64,000 bases of DNA from Nymphaea colorata (Eukaryota): contig NC_045138.2 of assembly GCF_008831285.2 (NCBI RefSeq), positions 14,694,001 through 14,758,000 of the forward strand. Reading direction: 5' to 3'. The notes under the pieces are model-generated. The model was not told the DNA's origin, searched no databases, and saw only the letters and a list, made by a program, of their open reading frames with translations. A program made the position numbers and the translations under genes. The number at the start of each line of letters is the position of its first letter. Position 1 is the first letter of the stretch. Shown here one piece after another: positions 63,091-64,000 of this stretch.

Positions 63091-64000
63091 TTATATAAAT
63101 AATATGGATTTCTCCAAGTGTAAGAAGAATCCATCTCACACATGCAGCCCAATGTATTTTTTTTGTTTGGGTTGTGTTAATGAGGTGGTATATATATATT
63201 GAAAATCATTTTAATGTATAGAATTTACAGATTTCTCCAATCTAAGTTTAGACTGAAAATCTTTAATCCTCAGCACACCACTCGATACAATGTACATGTA
63301 CACTCATTTTCTCTTTTTGACTAGTGTACAAACAAGGCAAGTGTAAAACAAATTTAATAGCCCATGCTTAAGAAAATTAGAATAATAACAGTACATCTAT
63401 TAATTTTCCAACCAGCCACTCACCCCTAACTTCCAAAATAAAAATGCAAAATAAAATTTATTTTGACTTTAAAAATAAAAAAATGAAAAAAGAGAGAAAG
63501 GATTTCTAATTTCACTCAAAATTTTTAGACTAAAAGTAAAGGAACATCAATGGCTCAGCTTGCCCCCCTAATAAAATCAGTTAGAGGTGCTTCTTTTCCT
63601 TTATTTTGCTCAAGCAAACTACACTATAAACTAAAGTTGTCTGACAATTATGTGTGCTAAAATTAAAATATGAAAAAGAATACATTCTTTTTTTCCTTTT
63701 AATTTAGCAAGCCACCACCAATGGAGCCGATGCCTCCATCATATCATCGAGTTGTCATAGCCAGCCTATCAATTAAAAGTAGAAGACTTTAGAAGAAAAA
63801 ACAAAAAAAAGATAAAAAGAGTAACTCAACACTGATGAAGAAGAGGTAATCTAGATAGGCAAGTATAGTTCCATATATATTTCCTCAACCTACAAGTCAT
63901 TTCTTTGCTATTGAAATGAGAGTGTGTGAAGGACAAGAAATCATAAACAACTTTTAACAAACAAACATGAGAAAATGCACCACATGGTTTTAAGCCTGAC

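Overview
Flowering-plant nuclear DNA: AT-rich, spliceosomal introns, (AT)n/(CT)n microsatellites. The species cannot be fixed from the sequence. About 1-20 kb has no intact gene. It is a patchwork of diverged direct duplications, four long near-perfect inverted repeats (IR1-IR4, arms about 95-266 bp), templated filler insertions and a FATB gene fragment. A fifth IR lies at 55.8-56.4 kb. IR3, IR4 and IR5 have unrelated arms but share an exact 21-24 bp element (AAAGTGGCAGCGGTTTGTAAA), and a variant lies between IR1 and IR2, suggesting a family of hairpin-RNA/small-RNA loci. About 27-54 kb is gene-dense. It holds a SKIP15-type F-box gene (-), a PHD-like zinc-finger gene (+), a frameshifted extensin-like gene (-), the kinase-only ATG1t (+, 8 exons), an E+ PPR gene (-) and a DYW PPR gene (+) head-to-head with start codons 8 bp apart, an NSR-type RRM gene (-) with a U12 intron, and organellar ribosomal protein S6 (-). 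At 60.4-63.1 kb a non-autonomous PIF/Harbinger-like element (TIRs plus TTA TSD) carries two captured lipin/PAH exons. A tRNA-type SINE, a tandem TRIM array and a hAT MITE are also present. All alignments and counts were made by eye, and orthologue names are from memory and need BLAST confirmation.
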